Source: Macrostomum lignano (lineage: Eukaryota). Taken from it: a stretch of DNA of 64,000 bases. Below the pieces are notes generated by a model. That model saw only the letters and a program-made list of their open reading frames with translations. It had not been told where the DNA came from and did no database searches. Position 1 is the first letter of the stretch; each line of letters starts with the position of its first letter. Positions 37,201-49,618 of this stretch are shown piece by piece. The position numbers and the translations under genes are program-made. The DNA is taken from NCBI GenBank assembly GCA_002269645.1, contig NIVC01000503.1, positions 32,168 through 96,167 of the forward strand, read 5' to 3'.

Positions 37201-38470
37201 GGGGAGTGGGAAGATGAGATAAGAGAGAGAGTTGAGAGGAGAAAGGAGAGATGATAGAGTAAAGGGAAAAGGAGGAGAGAAGAAAGAGATGAGAGAGATG
37301 AAAGAAAAGATGATCAAGAGAATAGAGATGAGAGATGAAGGAAGAGAAAGCAGAGTGCAGAGAGACGAGAGAAGAGAATAGAGGGGAGAGAGTATAGAAG
37401 AGGGAAGAGAAGAGAGGAGTAAGGAAAGAGAAGAGTACACAGTAAAGAGGAGAGTAGAGTTGACAGAAGAGAGACCGGAATGAGAGAGCGAAGATGAGAG
37501 TGAACAGACGATATAAGAGAGGAGAGTGAGAGAGAAGAGAGAAGACAAGAGAGGGAGAGAGTATATAAGAGAAGAGACGAGAAGAAAGAAGAAAGGATCG
37601 AGTCCTCCTGAGTCAAAAAAGGGGAAAGAGAGGAGTACAAGGGGAGAGAGGTGAGAGAACATATGAGAGTAAAGATGACAGATGAGAGAGGGGAGATGAG
37701 AGAGCAGAAACGAGAGTGAACAGACGAGAGATGGGAGAGTAGAGGGAAAAGAGGAGAGATAAGAAATAAGAGATGAAAGGTGGAGACAAAGGAGAGATGA
37801 GAAGGGAGTGAGGAGAGAGGAGGGGAAGGGGAGAGAATCGAGAGGACAGGGGAAATTGGTGAAAAGGACGAGAGAGGAGAGGAAAGAGGGGAGAGATTAG
37901 AGAGAAGAGAGATAGGACAGGAGAGAGCAGAGAGATGAGAGGAGAGAGAGGGGGGAAGAGGAGAGAGAGCATGAGAGAGAAATGAGAAAAGATAAGAGAG
38001 AGAAGATAAAAGAAGAGAAATGAGAGATAAAAGAGCAAAGACGAGAGAGAAGGGAGGTGAGGGAAGAGACGATAGAAGACATGAGAGGAGAGAGTGGACA
38101 GAGGAGAGGAGAGAGTTAAGAGAAGAGAGGAAAAAGGAGAGAGTAGAGATAAGGAAAGTGTTGAGAGAGGGTAGAGTAAGGAGTGAGAAAAGAGGTGAGG
38201 GAAGAGAGAGCAGAGAGCAGAGGGAAGAGAGAGTAGAGAGCAGAGAGAAATGAGAAGAGGAAAAGAGGAGAAAGGAGATATGAGAGACCAGAGACCAGAG
38301 AGAAGAGAGGAGAGAAGAGAGAAAATAATAGAGGGGAGAGGGAAGAGACGAGAGAGGAGACGAGAGAGGAGAGGGAAGAGACGAGAGAAGAGACGAGAGA
38401 AGATAGGAAACAGAAAAGAAGATGGAAATTTCAAAGGATGCAAAGGACATAGGGAGAAGCAGAGGTAGAG
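36783..38470 (+). repeat. 1.7-kb purine-rich (GA) low-complexity tract with a perfect (GA)n core
   Basis: The plus strand is almost entirely A/G; perfect (GA)n at ~37141-37196. Confidence 0.95.
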
Positions 38471-38911
38471 GCCAGAGTTTGCCTGACATTCTGCGCAGCA
38501 CTCTAGCCAACAATATCAATGCTTGCTTCAAATCCTAATTTTACATGAATGTACACTATTTTATGTTTAACTCTATCCTAACTATTAACAAGTTTTTGTT
38601 TGAGTTTGACCTCAGATTTTAGAATACATGCAAAAATAGTTGCAGGGAATGGAGTTCCCCGGGTTCAAAATCCGCGGGTTTCAACAGCTTGTACATTATA
38701 ACCACAGCTCAAAGAAACTCTGTTTACTTGTTTCTCTTTGTAACATTCCCTCTTATTGCGTTGCCAAAGGATTACAAACGTGATACACTGATGGTTTAAT
38801 TAGAAATATAGAAACCCCTGGATGTAGTAGGTGCTCCATTTTGTTTGTTGTCTCAGAATACCCCTATATGGCACTATATATATTAGTATTTTATATAGAA
38901 ATATTACTTTG

Positions 38912-39380
38912 AGAGACTGCAGTCAGCTGAGAATCTCACACTCTGAGAGGTTGCAGTCAGCTGAGAATCTCACCCTCTGAGAGGTTGCAGTCAGCTGAGA
39001 ATCTCACACTCTGAGAGGTTGCAGTCAGCTGAGAATCTCACACTCTGAGAGGTTGCAGTCAGCTGAGAATCTCACACTCTGAGAGGTAGCAGTCAGATGA
39101 GAATCTCACCCTCTGAGAGGTTGCAGTCAGCTGAGAATCTCACACTCTGAGAGGTTGCAGTCAGCTGAGAATCTCACCCTCTGAGAGGTTGCAGTCAGCT
39201 GAGAATCTCACCCTCTGAGAGGTTGCAGTCAGATGAGAATCTCACCCTCTGAGAGGTTGCAGTCAGCTGAGAATCTCACACTCTGAGAGGTTGCAGTCAG
39301 CTGAGAATCTCACCCTCTGAGAGGTTGCAGTCAGCTGAGAATCTCACCCTCTGAGAGGTTGCAGTCAGATGAGAATCTCA
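38912..39380. repeat. 34-bp tandem array (about 13 copies)
   Basis: Monomer CTCTGAGAGGTTGCAGTCAGCTGAGAATCTCAC(A/C). Confidence 0.97.
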
Positions 39381-39894
39381 TTTTTTTATAATCTTCAGTC
39401 AGTTTTTCTGCAGAATCTCACCCCTCTTGACATGAATTATTAATGCGCACTTACAAGTGTCGGTATAAGTACATATTGGTTATAATCTTATATTATGCGA
39501 GAGTTATGGAATATTTTATTATATAATAACTCTCATAAAAACCTCAACGGACTGAAAGCTGCTTCTCAAATATCCCCTCTGCCTCCCCCCATCACCTAAC
39601 TCCTCGTCTTCTCCCTCTCTCGTTGCTGTACGCCAACAACAATCTCTCAACTTAATAGATTTGGCTCAGGCCCTGCTGCTGTCAAAATCAGTCAGTCAGT
39701 CGTGCAGCAGAGTGGTGCTGCTAGTTAGCCTTCCCGGAGGCTTGGGAGTTGACTCCAATCTATTATCATACTCGCTTATATGGCTATACTGCACTATACT
39801 TACTGTAGAGAAGTGCAGAACCCTCAATTTCTGTGCTGCCCCACAATGGATGGAATTATAATTGATGCAAGTGTATGCGGTTCTATACCTAGCA

Positions 39895-40748
39895 TTTTAT
39901 ATTCATACGAGGCCAACTCCTCCCCCGGAGAAGAAAGGGGAAGAACTCCAATCAGCGGAATTCCATTCCCTGAACTCCATCAGCGGAATCCCATTTTCCA
40001 ACACCTCTCCGCGCAACAGAAATCGTCTCCGTGAAACTGAACACTATCGAAATCCTCTCCGTGAAACTGAACACCATCGAAATATTCTCCGCAAAATAGA
40101 AATCCTCTCCGTGAAACTGGACTAAATCGAAATTTCTACGTCAAACAGCCCAGTTCTCAGAATTCATTGGTTAGGGTTAGGGTTAGGGTTAGAGCTACAC
40201 AGCTGCGTGTTGAAAGGCGCCGTAAAAACATTGAACCAATTAAATTGCGCAACTTATTTCTCAGGCAGTCAGTATCAGCCTCAGTTAAAGTTAACAAAAA
40301 GATTGCGCAATCTAAATCAACCCTCAAATACACAGCAACCGACCCCCCTTCCAATACGCAGTGCAGCTAGAAATTGAACCCCCCCCCACCAACTATTGGG
40401 GGGTCGGTCGAACCTCCATTGAACTCCAAAATGAGCACAATCTTTGCAGAAAGCTAAAAGTATGAAAATCTTTTCTTGAATGCTGTGAATTTAATTTTTA
40501 TATTTAAAGCAAAAAACTTATATCCTCGAACTCATCGCAGCAAGATCTTTCCAGCAATATAAGTCTCTCCTCTCTAAGTTCAAAACTCGAGCAACAGTTA
40601 GTGTTTGAAACTTTCTGATTTTAAGCATTGAAATATCGAGTGTACGTTCACTGCCTGCTAAAGATGCTCGCAAGTTTATGCATTAAAATGCACTGAATTT
40701 CACTTTGAAAAAAATACGCAGGGCTTCCTGTTAAAAAACAGAACACAA
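39895..40748 (-). mobile_element. Right arm of the inverted duplication, part B
   Basis: Reverse complement of 34722-35570. The ORF-track translations 35101-35314 and 40157-40370 are identical. Confidence 0.9.
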
Positions 40749-43700
40749 CTAGCAATCTACGCCCCCCGTTGGGGAGCCAAAGAAATGCAATACACGTTTT
40801 TTTAATAAACTACATGTATCCTTGAAATCTTAAAAAATCTCCTGTCAAACCTTGTAAGCCTTGACATGTCAGTAATTCCCCCCCCACAAGCTTTAACATA
40901 TCAACTTCCCCCCTTGACATCTCAGCAATGCCCCAAATAAGCCTTGGAAATCTAAAAATATCTGTCAACCTTCTAACCCTAACCCTAGCCTAACCCTAAC
41001 CCTAACCCTAACCCTAACCCTAACCTAACCCTAAAGCATTGAAATTTCAGTAATTCTCTCTAAGAGTCATTATAGCACTACTACAGCATTATAGCGATTC
41101 CCTGCAAGCCTCGACATCGTAGAGATTCCCAAATGAATCTCTTAACTTCGACATGAAGCTTATTTTATTTTTTACATTACGCTTTTTTTATCAGCGATCC
41201 CTCCCCAGAGGAGGCATCAAATAATGTAATAAAAAGTTTTCAATAAACTACATGTAGCTTCTGACTTTAGCCTTGAAATCTCATTTATACCCCGTGAACC
41301 TTGACATCTCAGATATTCCCCCCGTAAGTCTTAACATGTCAGCGATGGCCCCCATAAACCTTGAAATCTAAAAAATCCCCTGTTATTCTGTTAACCTTGA
41401 AATCCGATAAAATATAACCCTCAACCCACACCTGACCTAAACCTAACTTTAACCCAACCTAAAGCCTTGAAATCTCAGCAATTCTTCTCCCCTAAGCCTT
41501 GACATTTTAGTGATTCCTTCTTTAAGAATCACAGCACTATAACGATTTCCACCAAGCTTTGACATCGTAGCAATTCCCAAATGAATCTTTTAACTTCGAC
41601 ATGACTTTTCTTTTATGTATACGTAGTGCTACTTTTATTTTTTACATGACTCTTCTTCTATCAGCGCCCCCCCCGTGGCGAGCCAACAAATAATGCAATA
41701 AAAAAATTGAGTAAAGTACATGAACTTTGAAGTAGCTTCTGACTTTTGCTTTGACATCTCAGAACCCCCCCCCCCCGTAATCTCAGTTATTCTCTGAGAG
41801 CCTTTACGTCTCAGTTTTTCCTCCCCAGCACAGCATTATAGCTGCATTTAATTTTTACATGACACCCTTCATGTCTGACATGACGCTTCTTTTATTCTAC
41901 CATGATGCTTCTTAATTTTTTAAATGACACTTTCATTAGTTTTTAAATGAGGCTCCTATGATTTTTTCATGACGCTTCTATGATTTTTACATGACACTTC
42001 TATGATTTTTTATATGACGCTTCTATGATTGTTTATATGACGCTTCTATGCTTTTTACATGACGCTTCTATGATTTTTTTACATAACGCTTCCATGATTG
42101 TTTACATGACGCTTCTATGATTGTTTACATGACGCTTGTATGATTGTTTACATGACGCTTGTATGATTTTAACATGACGCTTCTATGATTGTTTGCATGA
42201 CGCTTCTATGATTTTTTTATGACGCTTTTATGATTTTAACATGACGCTTTTATGATTTTAACATGACGCTTCTATGATTTTTTTACATGACGCTTCTATG
42301 ATTGTTTACATGACGCTTTTATGATTTTAACATGACGCTTCTATGATTGTTTATATGACGCTTGTATGATTGTTTACATGACGCTTCTATGATTTTTACA
42401 TGACGCTTCTATGATTTTTACATGACGCTTCTATGATTGTTTACATGACGCTTGTATGATTGTTTACATGACGCTTCTATGATTGTTTACATGACGCTTC
42501 TATGATTGTTTATACGACGCTTCTATGATTTTTACATGACGCTTCTATGCTTTTTACATGACGCTTCTATGATTTTTTACATGACGCTTCTATGATTGTT
42601 TCATGACGCTTCTATGATTGTTTACATGACGCTTCTATGATTTTTTACATGACGCTTCTATGATTGTTTACATGACGCTTCTATGATTGTTTATACGACG
42701 CTTCTATGATTTTTACATGACGCTTCTATGCTTTTTACATGACGCTTCTATGATTTTTTACATGACGCTTCTATGATTGTTTCATGACGCTTCTATGATT
42801 TTTTACATGGCGCTTCTATGATTGTTTACATGACGCTTCTATGATTTTTTACATGACGCTTCTATGATTGTTTACATGACGCTTCTATGATTGTTTAAAT
42901 GACGCTTCTATGATTGTTTACATGACGCTTCTATGATTTTTTACATGACGCTTCTATGATTGTTTACATGACGCTTCTATGATTGTTTACATGACGCTTC
43001 TATGATTTTTATATGACGCTTCTATGATTGTTTACATGACGCTTCTATGATTGTTTACATGACGCTTCTATGATTGTTTAAATGACGCTTCTATGATTGT
43101 TTACATGACGCTTCTATGATTGTTTACATGACGCTTCTATGATTGTTTACATGACGCTTCTATGATTTTTTACATGACGCTTCTATGATTGTTTACATGA
43201 CGCTTCTATGATTTTTTACATGACGCTTCTATGATTTTTACATGACGATTCTTTTTAAAAAGTCTTTTAGTTTTCCTGACGTTGAAAAGCTTTAATTAAA
43301 AAATTATACTCTATGAAAATTCGAACCATCGTCGCTGCATTTAACAGTTCAGTTTGTTCACCTCTAGGCTAGCTCTCATCGTTTTGATAACATCAAATTT
43401 TGCACTTATATAATTCAACACTTTAAAATCCAAGCATAGAGTAAATCACACGAAGCAGTTATGACATAATCAGTTTCTCAGTCAGTCAGTATCAGTTAAC
43501 AATATGGTTACGCAATCTAAATCAAGTCTGGTGCTACGCTTCCACACTGCATTTTCAATTCAAGTCGGAGTTACAATTCAGTTATGATGCAATCTATTTC
43601 AGAATCAGAATTCAACCAGTCAGTTTTTTCTCTAGCATTCTTACAATGCATTTCAAGTCGAAAAGTTTGCTTGACCTTTGCAAAAAAGCATGTTTTTCGA

Positions 43701-43862
43701 ATATTTAATGCCTTTAGCATCAAGAAATTTCTTAGCCACGATGCATGTACAGTCACGGGAAAATTTCTGATCGAACAGTGCAAGTTCGAACAAAATCGGT
43801 ACAGCCATTTTTTCTCTAATCGATCACATAGACACAGACAGACCATTTTTAGTATATAGGAA
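40749..43862 (-). mobile_element. 3.1-kb non-autonomous Helitron-like insertion carrying an internal satellite
   Basis: The minus-strand 5' end is (T)TCCTATATACTAAAAATGGTCTGTCTG (43862 downward). The 3' end is the hairpin CCCC-AACG-GGGG followed by CGTAGATTG-CTAG|T (CTAG at 40749-40752). It interrupts the right arm exactly where the left arm has the uninterrupted ATTTA-TTT-GTGTTC (34716-34729). No transposase. Confidence 0.85.
41935..43250. repeat. ~23-bp tandem array (about 55 copies) inside the Helitron-like element
   Basis: Monomer CATGACGCTTCTATGATT(G/T)TTTA with T-run length variants. Confidence 0.97.
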
Positions 43863-44901
43863 ATAAATGCGCAATTGTCTATAAAGTCAGCCAGTGAGCC
43901 AGGGTCCGATTGTACACATGCCGCCAATGAGAACGTGCCCATTCCCCCACAGGAGAGAAAATGCACTGGCGACATAGGAAAAAGTTGTGGCATAATCACT
44001 CAAAATTATGCCAATTTTCAGCTCCGAGCAGAAAGAGGGGACAAATAAGATTATGAAAGTTAAAAAATGCAGTTTTCTGCTTTTTTAGGGATCTTAAAAT
44101 GTAAAAATGAAAGATTTAAAATAGCCTATAGCCAAAGCCGGTAAATTTGCAGTTTTCCCACATAAGTTTCAACGCTGACTTGCAGGTAGTCTAGGAGGAG
44201 TTATCCAACTGACAAACAGACTAACAGTTAAAAGTATGGAAATAGTTTTTTAAATCTGGTGCTTTTTCTTTTCATATTTAAAGCAAACAACTTATATCCC
44301 TAAACTCAGCGTTGCAAGATATTTCCAGCAATATAAGTGTCTCCTCTCAAAGTTTAAAACTCAAGGAACAGTTAGCGTTTGAAATTTACCGATTTCCCGA
44401 CTGCTTGCTAGAGAAGCTCGCAATTCATTGAATTTCACTGCTAAGCTAATACACAGGGCTGCCTATAGAAAAAAGGCGCCAATAATAAAACCAAATGAAT
44501 CTTGACACAGTCCATCTGTTTACACTGTACAACTGCTATGTACACTCAGCCCAAGCCCAACCCCCGTTCTGGGGGAAGCATTAAATTTAACTCAACCCCC
44601 CAACACGCGGGGGGTTTTATTTGCATTGAACTCAGAACACCTGCACCCACCACCCCTCAATACACAGCGGCCCGCGGGCGGAGGTTGGGGTGGCTATTTT
44701 TACAAACTGGCTGCAGCCCCAGTCAGAGTGGCCAAAGAAGGTTATTGGGGGTTAAAAAAGCAGTTTTCTGCTTTTTTAGGGATGTTAAAATGTGGAAATT
44801 AAAAATTAAAATAGCCTAAAGCCTGCTCCGGAAAATTTGCAGTTTTCCCATATAAGTTTTGACGCTGACTTAGTAGAATTGTAGGAGTTCACTTGCTACA
44901 T

Positions 44902-44932
<31 letters not shown>

Positions 44933-44957
44933 TCGCGTCGGTTTTAGTATTAGGGGA
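43861..44957 (-). mobile_element. Right arm of the inverted duplication, part A
   Basis: Reverse complement of 33628-34723. The difference I noticed is a 1-nt G-run indel near 44571-44576. Confidence 0.9.
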
Positions 44958-45096
44958 GGGATATTGTGCATAAAATAGTTTTTCTCAACTATACACTATG
45001 TAAATTAACTTCAGCAGTTTTTTATACGATTGAACATTTTCTGAGTGGATTCGGTGCCTTTTTTGTTCCCAACTTTAGTAGCTTCTCAACAACTAC

Positions 45097-45362
45097 TGCT
45101 GGCGCCCCTTGGTGCTGGCGCCCCTTGGTGCTGGCGCCCCTTGGTGCTGGCGCCCCTTGGTGCTGGCGCCCCTTGGTGCTGGCGCCCCTTGGTGCTGGCG
45201 CCCCTTGGTGCTGGCGCCCCTTGGTGCTGGCGCCCCTTGGTGCTGGCGCCCCTTGGTGCTGGCGCCCCTTGGTGCTGGCGCCCCTTGGTGCTGGCGCCCC
45301 TTGGTGCTGGCGCCCCTTGGTGCTGGCGCCCCTTGGTGCTGGCGCCCCTTGGTGCTGGCGCC
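45097..45362. repeat. 16-bp GC-rich minisatellite (about 16 copies)
   Basis: Perfect GGCGCCCCTTGGTGCT units. Confidence 0.98.
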
Positions 45363-45405
45363 ACTTTGGTCTTCTCTTCCTCACGATGACGCCCCCTACT
45401 ATATA

Positions 45406-45683
45406 CTCAACAACATTAAAAAGTCGCCACCTTTGAGAGTGCGCAGTAAATTCCAGCTCAGTATTGACTTTTGAGTGACGCAACTTGAGCAACGCGACGC
45501 AGAGTTGGGCTGGGTGATGAGGGATTGGGAAGAGCGGAGGGCAAAGATTGGATGGATTGAAGCTTCCGCCCGGTTTTCATTGTTTTTTAAGCATTTTTAA
45601 TGGTTGGCCAGGTGATAGACGCTGGTCGAAAGACACTGTCTGCTCACTGGGGCAAAGGGTGGCGACTTTTCAATGTTGCTGAG
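45406..45683. mobile_element. MITE with ~30-bp TIRs and TA flanks (Tc1/mariner-type target)
   Basis: Left TIR CTCAACAACATTAAAAAGTCGCCACCTTTG (45406-45435). The reverse complement of the right end (45653-45683) is CTCAGCAACATTGAAAAGTCGCCACCCTTTG: 2 mismatches and 1 indel. TA at 45404-45405 and 45684-45685. Confidence 0.8.
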
Positions 45684-47169
45684 TATAAATAATCCTGGTT
45701 GCGCCCCTGTTCCCTGACTCAAATCTCTTAATCTCCTGTCGGTCCAGTGCAAGCTTTATTAAAAAAACTTGTCGAACTTGCAGGACAAATAAAAGTGCAT
45801 TGGCGAATGAAATTTTAACTTTTAGGAAGGTTTTAGATTTGCATTTACGATGGTATTCATTGTGCTTAATTTATCGATATTGCAATCAACAAAATTTTTG
45901 GATAAACATCTACATGTAGGTTCTCAGTCCGCGAGACAGTGTAAAATTGGAGTGCATGGAGTGCCTCTGAGACTGAATATTAAATCCCGCCTAAGAATTA
46001 AATTATCAATTACAAAATATGAGCTTGCTTGCTTGCATACGACGTAACGAGACGTAAGTTATCAAGTATCAAGTATCAAAGTATCAAGCACCCTTAATTA
46101 ATTTCATAGCTTTTTATGACCTCGTTTGTACTAAATATTTCCAATAAAAATGATTGGTATAACTTTTAACAACTTATAGTTTAACCGCTTCTAAACCAAT
46201 TAAAAATAGAATCAGTTTGATCTTATCTTATCTTATATGCGTAGGACTAGGAGTGAAAATAGATTACGAGGCGGGGACGCGGGGCTATCATTATGCGCTG
46301 CACACAAAGCACAAAGAGAGGCGGCAGCGTTGGGAAAACCACCCCCCTTCTTTAAAAAAAACCAGGGGCAATTCAGTTCAGCTAAGGGGAGGTGGCGGGC
46401 GTGACTCACGCACCAAAATCGCCCCTCTTTCTCCTCTTTTCCACCCTCGCGTCCCTCCCCCCTTGTCTGTCGGTCTGACTTGACTGTTCCGTAATTCCCT
46501 CGCATAGGCCCAATCCGCTCAGCTCTCAAAGTGTACACAGCCAACCACCCCTCCCGACCCCTAAGTCCCGTTCATTTCACCAACCCTAAACAGACGACAA
46601 ACCAATCCCCCCCCCCTCAGTTCAGATACCCTACCTACCCAAGCCATTACCATTAAGCGATCTTCCTCGACTTGTCTTTGACACACTAGTCACTACGAAG
46701 CGAACCAAACCAACCACCAACCAAACTCAAATTGGAGCTAAAAAATAGGAAGTTCAATATATAAAGTATAGGCGGATTGAATTTTATTGCTCTCCAGTCC
46801 AGTTTATTTAGAATCTATATAACTAAATCTGAAATTATCTATCTAGTCTTAGTCTAGATTAAGGAATATTTGATATCCTTATACATAGTTCTCCAGTCAT
46901 TTCCAGACAAAGAGAATTTGGGATTAAAGAAGAGGAAGTGTGTTTTCCTGCAACCCCGGTCCCCCTTATGGTTCTTTGTCCTCATCGTTCACTAACGACT
47001 AACTATAATTACACCGAGTTAGTTGATTTTCTGTTTGCTACGTCCGGCAGCTTTGAGTCTTGCAATAAAATAAATACAGTTCATTTCTTGAACTGATTTT
47101 ACTGCTGGGTAAGTGTAATTGTTATTCATTTGTAGAACTTTTTTGCCCTAGGCTCGGTTCCTTTAGGCT

Positions 47170-48042
47170 TCAGTGAGTACTGCTACCCTCCCTGATCTTT
47201 CTGTGAGCATCGTGCTACCCTCCCTGATCCTTCAGTGAGTGCCGCTACCCTCCCTGATCCTTCTGTGAGCATCGCCGCTACCCTCCCTGATCCTTCTGTG
47301 AGCATCGCCGCTACCCTTCCTGATCGGCTGATCCTTCTGTGAGCATCGCCGTTACCCTCCCTGATCCTTCAGTGAGCACCACAACCCTTTACCCTCCCTG
47401 ATCCTTCAGTGAGTGCCGCTACCCTCCCTGATCCTTCTGTGAGCATCGCCGCTACCATTACGGATCGGCTGATCCTTCTGTGAGCATCGCCGTTACCCTC
47501 CCTGATCCTTCAGTGAGCACCACAACCCTTTACCTTCCCTGATCCTTCTGTGAGCATCGCCGCTACCCTCCCTGATCCTTCTGTGAGCAATGAGCATCGC
47601 CGCTACCCTCCCTGATCCTTCTGTGAGCATCGCCGGTACCCTCCCTGATCCTTCAGTGAGCCGCTACCCTTACCCTCCCTGATTCTTAATCAGTTAGCAT
47701 CGCGTCGCTGCTCTACTTTCCTGATCCTTCAAGCTTCAGTGAGCACCACAACCCTTTACCCTCCCTGATCCTTCTGTGAGCAATGAGCATCGCCGCTACC
47801 CTCCCTGATCCTTCAGTGAGCAATGAGCATCGCCGCTACCCTCCCTGATCCTTCTGTGAGCAATGAGCATCGCCGCTACCCTCCCTGATCCTTCTGTGAG
47901 CAACGAGCATCGCCGCTACCCTCCCTGATCCTTCTGTCAGCAATGAGCATCGCCGCTACCCTCCCTGATCCTTCTGTGAGCAATGAGCATCGCCGCTACC
48001 CTCCCTGATCCTTCTGTGAGCAATGAGCATCGCTGCTACCCT
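47170..48042. repeat. 33/40-bp irregular tandem array
   Basis: Core CTACCCTCCCTGATCCTTC(T/A)GTGAGCATCGCCG (33 bp). The 40-bp units carry an extra AATGAGC. Confidence 0.93.
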
Positions 48043-48631
48043 GAATAACATCCCGTAACTAGGAGTAAAAAGCGGCCCAAAGCAAGCCGGTCCAGTAATT
48101 AGGTTACTATTGGTTTTTTAGACCCCCATTCGCGAATTCTTATTCTTAGGCCAACCACGGAAGGAAGAAATGAATTTGGAAACAGTGTAGAAAAAGAATC
48201 TTATGTTTCGTTTGGTTAAAGCTTTTTTCGGGTCAAAAATCCTCTAAACCCCTGACTCCCTGAGGTCCATCTATTGAGCTCTGTCTCTCTCTTCCCAACT
48301 TCCTGAGTCCCTGGCAGTCGATATTTTCCATTGAGGTAATTCGATTCAGGCTTCATTCATTTGGTTCATGCGACTCTCAACTCTGAAGCACGGCAAATGC
48401 CAACACTGCTAGAGCCTGAGGCCGAGAGGCTGAGTTGAGCTGCTGAGGACACTTTTTTCCTTGAAACACAATTTCACATCTGGCATCTGACTGTCCCAAT
48501 TGGTGAGCACAAAAACTTTCTTGTTCGCCTTCCTAATTCGAGCTTTTCGTTTCTCCTCATGCTCGCTCATTGTGAGAAAAGTCAATTAGAAAAACTATCC
48601 AATCCAACGTTTCCAATCAAATGGATTTTCC

Positions 48632-49230
48632 CTCTTCTCTCCGTCCTTTCCTCTCCTCTCCTCTCCTCTCCCCTCCTCTCTGCCCCCTCCTCTCTCTCCT
48701 CTCTGGCATCTCCCTTCCTCTGACCTCTCCTCTCCTCTCTGCCCTCTCGCCTCCTCTCTCTCCTCTCTGGCATCTCCCTTCCTCTGACCTCTCCTCTACT
48801 CTCTACCCTCTCCCCTCCTCTCTGCCCTCTCCCCTCCTCTCTGCCCTCTCCCCTCCTCTCTGCCCTCTCCCCTACTCTCTACCCTCTCCCCTCTATCTAC
48901 CCTCTCCCCTCCTCTCTGCTCTCTCCCCTCCTCTCTGCCCTCTCCCCTACTCTCTGCCCTCTCCCCTCCTCTCTGCCCTCTCCCCTCCTCTCTGCCCTCT
49001 CCCCTCCTCTCTGCCCTCTCCTCTTCTCTCTGCCCTCTCCTCTACTCTGTGCTCTCTCCTCCTCTCCTCTCCTCTCCCCTCCTCTCTGCCCCCTCCTCTC
49101 CCCTCCTCTCTGTCCTCTCCTCTCCTCCGCTCTCTCCCCTCCTCCGCCTTTTTCTCTCTTCTCCACTCCACCCTTCTCTCTGCTCTCTTTTCTACTCTTC
49201 ACCTCTCCTCTACGCTCTCCTTTCCACTCT
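48632..49230 (+). repeat. Pyrimidine-rich (CT) low-complexity tract
   Basis: The plus strand is almost only C/T; recurring CTCTCCCCTCCTCTCTGCC units. Confidence 0.93.
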
Positions 49231-49618
49231 GTGTCGTATCATCTTATAAACTGGCAAATACAAGCGTCGCAGTAGCCAGCAGACTGCTTTGCCAGGTCTA
49301 TTTGTAATTTTTATTACCAAATCAAATAAAGCTCTGCGTCACGTGGGTCCTAAGACTCGGAACACAGGCATGAATACAGGTTTCCTTAATTGGATTGTAT
49401 TATTATAGTCCGACCCTTTTATGAGGGCTAAAAGGTATAGAAAACTCTACGAAACATCTTTTTTGAGCAAGTTTCTTGCACCTGAGTGCATGCACTGCAT
49501 GCCCTAAGCTGTGGCTCGAAAGGCAGACAGGTAGGCTGGCTGCTCCAGTTCACTTGGAGCGGTCGGTAATCATGTCTCCGGCCCGAACTCGTGTTCTAGA
49601 GTGCGAGTATAGAACTTA

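Noticed and set aside
36783-38531. Long L/S-rich and R/E-rich ORFs (also 48582-49307)
   Set aside because: They are artefacts of purine/pyrimidine strand asymmetry, which suppresses stop codons.
40975-41034. True chromosome end or telomere
   Set aside because: The tract is short, interstitial and embedded in a repeat element.
46900-48600. Possible LTR/leader region of a retrotransposon around the 33/40-bp array
   Set aside because: I could not identify a paired LTR, primer-binding site or gag/pol motif.
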